64,000 bases of DNA, taken from positions 1,791,048 to 1,855,047 of the forward strand of contig NW_003314270.1 in NCBI RefSeq assembly GCF_000143415.4, written 5' to 3'. The position numbers were made by a program, and so were the translations under genes. Shown here piece after piece: positions 61,543 through 64,000 of this stretch (positions within the stretch are counted from its first letter, which is position 1; every line of letters starts with the position of its first letter). Below the pieces are notes generated by a model that worked only from the letters and a program-made list of their open reading frames with translations, searched no databases and had not been told where the DNA came from. The DNA comes from Selaginella moellendorffii. Its lineage: Eukaryota > Plantae > Lycopodiophyta.

Positions 61543-64000
61543 ATGAAGATTGTGGCCCGGCAAGCATGGGCACATCTGCGACGGCGCGCTAGCATGATCG
61601 TCTCGTCCCGGAGCTTAATCGGTATGTTCTTGCTGATGGAAATGTAGTCCATTGAGTTCTTCATATTGTAGGTGTTCCCTCAAGAAATTTTGCAAATGGA
61701 TGCGTTCATCGGAAACTCTACGAGCAGGTGTTCCCTCTCGGCAGGCTTCATCATCTGTGAGTCTTTCGTGAATTCTTTTTTGGCTTTTTTTTTACGGTGG
61801 TATGCAGGCTTTGGAACTGCCGTGGGATTCACTCGGCGGCGATTAACCACGCGACTGGCGGGACGATTACTCGACTCAGCTGGGAGATGTGGTATCGACC
61901 ATTTCAGGTTTTATACAGAGCGTTCATTATCATGGCGGAGGTCGTCTTGCTGAGCATCTGGCATGCCACGGAAAGGGATGTCAAGAAACGAGCGGAAAGA
62001 GTAAGCGTATAGAGAGGATGTCCCACGCTAAGCTTTACTGTTTTTCCAGCTGCGCAGGTCACTCATACGCCTTGGTCCATTTTACATCAAGGTATATTGT
62101 CAGATTTGTGAAGCTGAAACTGAGTTCTTTTCTCTGCCCATCCAGCTTGGTCAGGCTCTGAGTACCAGACCGGACATTCTTCCCAGTGTTTACTGTCACG
62201 AACTGTCAAAACTTCAGGTTGGTTTTCTTAGTGCTTCTATTTCCGCAGACGTAACACGGCTTTTCTCAGGACCAAATCCCCCCATTTCCTAGTTCTAAAG
62301 CGCTGAAGTTTATTGAGAAGGAACTTGGAGCCCGCACTTCAGAAGTTTTTGCGGAGATTAGCAAAGAACCTCTTGCCGCCGCATCGCTGGGTCAAGTCTA
62401 TAAAGGTATTGCATATAAGTTTTTATAACAAGAATCTTTTTTATCATTGTTATAAACAGCCAAATTGTTTTCTGGGGAAACTGTAGCCGTGAAAGTATTG
62501 AGACCTGGTGTGCCTGCGCGTCTTGCTCTGGACGCGCGGCTGCTAAATCTTGTTGGCGGCCAGCTGCAACGTTTTACCAGAGCACGGGGCGACGTTGCTG
62601 CCGTTGTAAACGAAATGGTAAGGCGTAATTCTTTGAGGCATTTCTTTTTCTGACACGTAGTTTTTAGGTGGCTCATATGCTTGAGGAAACGGATTATCTT
62701 AACGAGGCCAAAAATACAGAACGTTTTGCAAGCCTTTATGGCATCGAGCATCCAGGTACCGATTTGTTTGCATTCATGCAAGGGTTAGTTAAAGACTCTA
62801 GTCTGTCCTACGTCTAGCTTAGTTCTTGGAATGTGTCAACGACTGAGTCACTTCTTTTCTGTAATGCCAGTCCGAAATTTGTTTCTCAGACGAAGGGCTA
62901 CTAACCGGGAAAAGGAGATCGAAGAAAGGATTGGTTAAAGTCCCGAAGATATTTTGGCGTTACACTACCAAGGGTGTGCTCACAATGGAGTGGATTGACG
63001 GTATTAAACTTACTGACAGGGAGAAACTAGAAAAGCTGAACCTCGACGTTCAGGATCTCGTCGACCAGGTTTATATTGCTTTATTTATTTGATATGCTTA
63101 AACTTATTTATTTTATTTACTTTCACCAGGGTGTCTTTTGTTCCCTGAGACAATTGCTCGAAGATGGTTTTTTCCATGCTGATCCTCATCCTGGCAACCT
63201 CGTAGTGACTCACAAGGGGATTCTTGCATACTTTGATTTTGGTATGATGAGTGACTTCCCTAGGCATTACCGCATTGGTCTCATTCGCACGGTATGCTTA
63301 ATATATATTAATGGGTGAATTCTGACGAGGTTGTTGCAGCTTGTACATTTCGTGAATCGAGACTCGGAAGGACTTGCTCAAGATTTTCTGTCACTTGGAT
63401 TTACTCCCCACGGTTCCGACCTGAAGCCTATTGTTCATGCGCTCCGCAAGTCTTTTGGAGATGAGAAGACAAAAGCCCAGCTAGATTTTCAGGTTAGTAC
63501 CCAGTTTCTCGTAAATGCTGTTGTAAAGCAAATTGATTTTGCAGGGCATAATGAGTCAGCTCTCCGATGTTATGTACGAGTTTAACTTTCGCCTGCCTCC
63601 AGAATTCGGACTTGTGATAAGAGCCTTGGGATCTCTTGAAGGAACAGCAACAACTTTGGATCCAGAATTCAGAGTTATCGAGAGTGCATATCCTTTTATT
63701 GTCGGGAGACTTCTTTCAGATCCTGAGCCGGATATGCGACAAATACTGCTGGAGCTTTTGATACGCACCAACGGCACAATACGGTGGCATCGGCTTGAGC
63801 GGCTGGTATGCAATCTTTACAAGATTTATCGGGCATCTGTATGATTCGAAATTTTGTACAGGTTGTAGCCATATCCCAAGACTCTACCCCTACCAAGCAG
63901 TCTAGACTCCAGTCATTTGACATGCGGGCTGTTGCATCCGCAGCCGATGATCTGCTCGCCTACATTCTCTCTGACAAAGGCATACGAGTGCGAATTTTGC
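61543..64000 (+). CDS. ABC1K/UbiB atypical kinase, multi-exon, runs off the window end
   Basis: [74 protein letters not shown]. Confidence 0.92.

Overview
Gene-dense land-plant nuclear DNA with very short (about 50-70 nt) spliceosomal introns and a PPR gene made almost entirely of 31-aa repeats. This most resembles a lycophyte such as Selaginella (inference). About 20 intact host genes are recognisable: AMP1/LAMP1-type glutamate carboxypeptidase, GDSL lipase, FMO, an RLCK kinase, CMC1, a tandem MLO pair (one copy frameshifted), a Rubisco-activase-like AAA+, FANCM, two LISCL-type GRAS genes, an MFS nodulin, two AP2/ERFs, YqgF, an FNR-like oxidoreductase, a thylakoid membrane protein, a ceramidase-like protein, a PLS-PPR and an ABC1K. 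Four AT-rich or decayed islands (about 1-9 kb, 19-21 kb, 36.4-42.1 kb, 48.8-53.5 kb) hold LINE, Gypsy and Helitron remnants and host-gene fragments. The most unusual signals are in these islands. (1) An AT-rich, intronless, secreted protein joins an unrecognised Cys-containing N-domain (possibly KP4-toxin-like) to a GNA/bulb lectin, with a pseudogenised paralog 17 kb away. (2) A chromovirus-type integrase/chromodomain fragment is interrupted by a precise 52-nt GT-AG intron. (3) Four scattered remnants resemble Crinkler-type NTPase and REase+kinase modules. There is also a 53-nt U12 AT-AC intron in FANCM. All family assignments come from motif recognition by eye; no searches were run.
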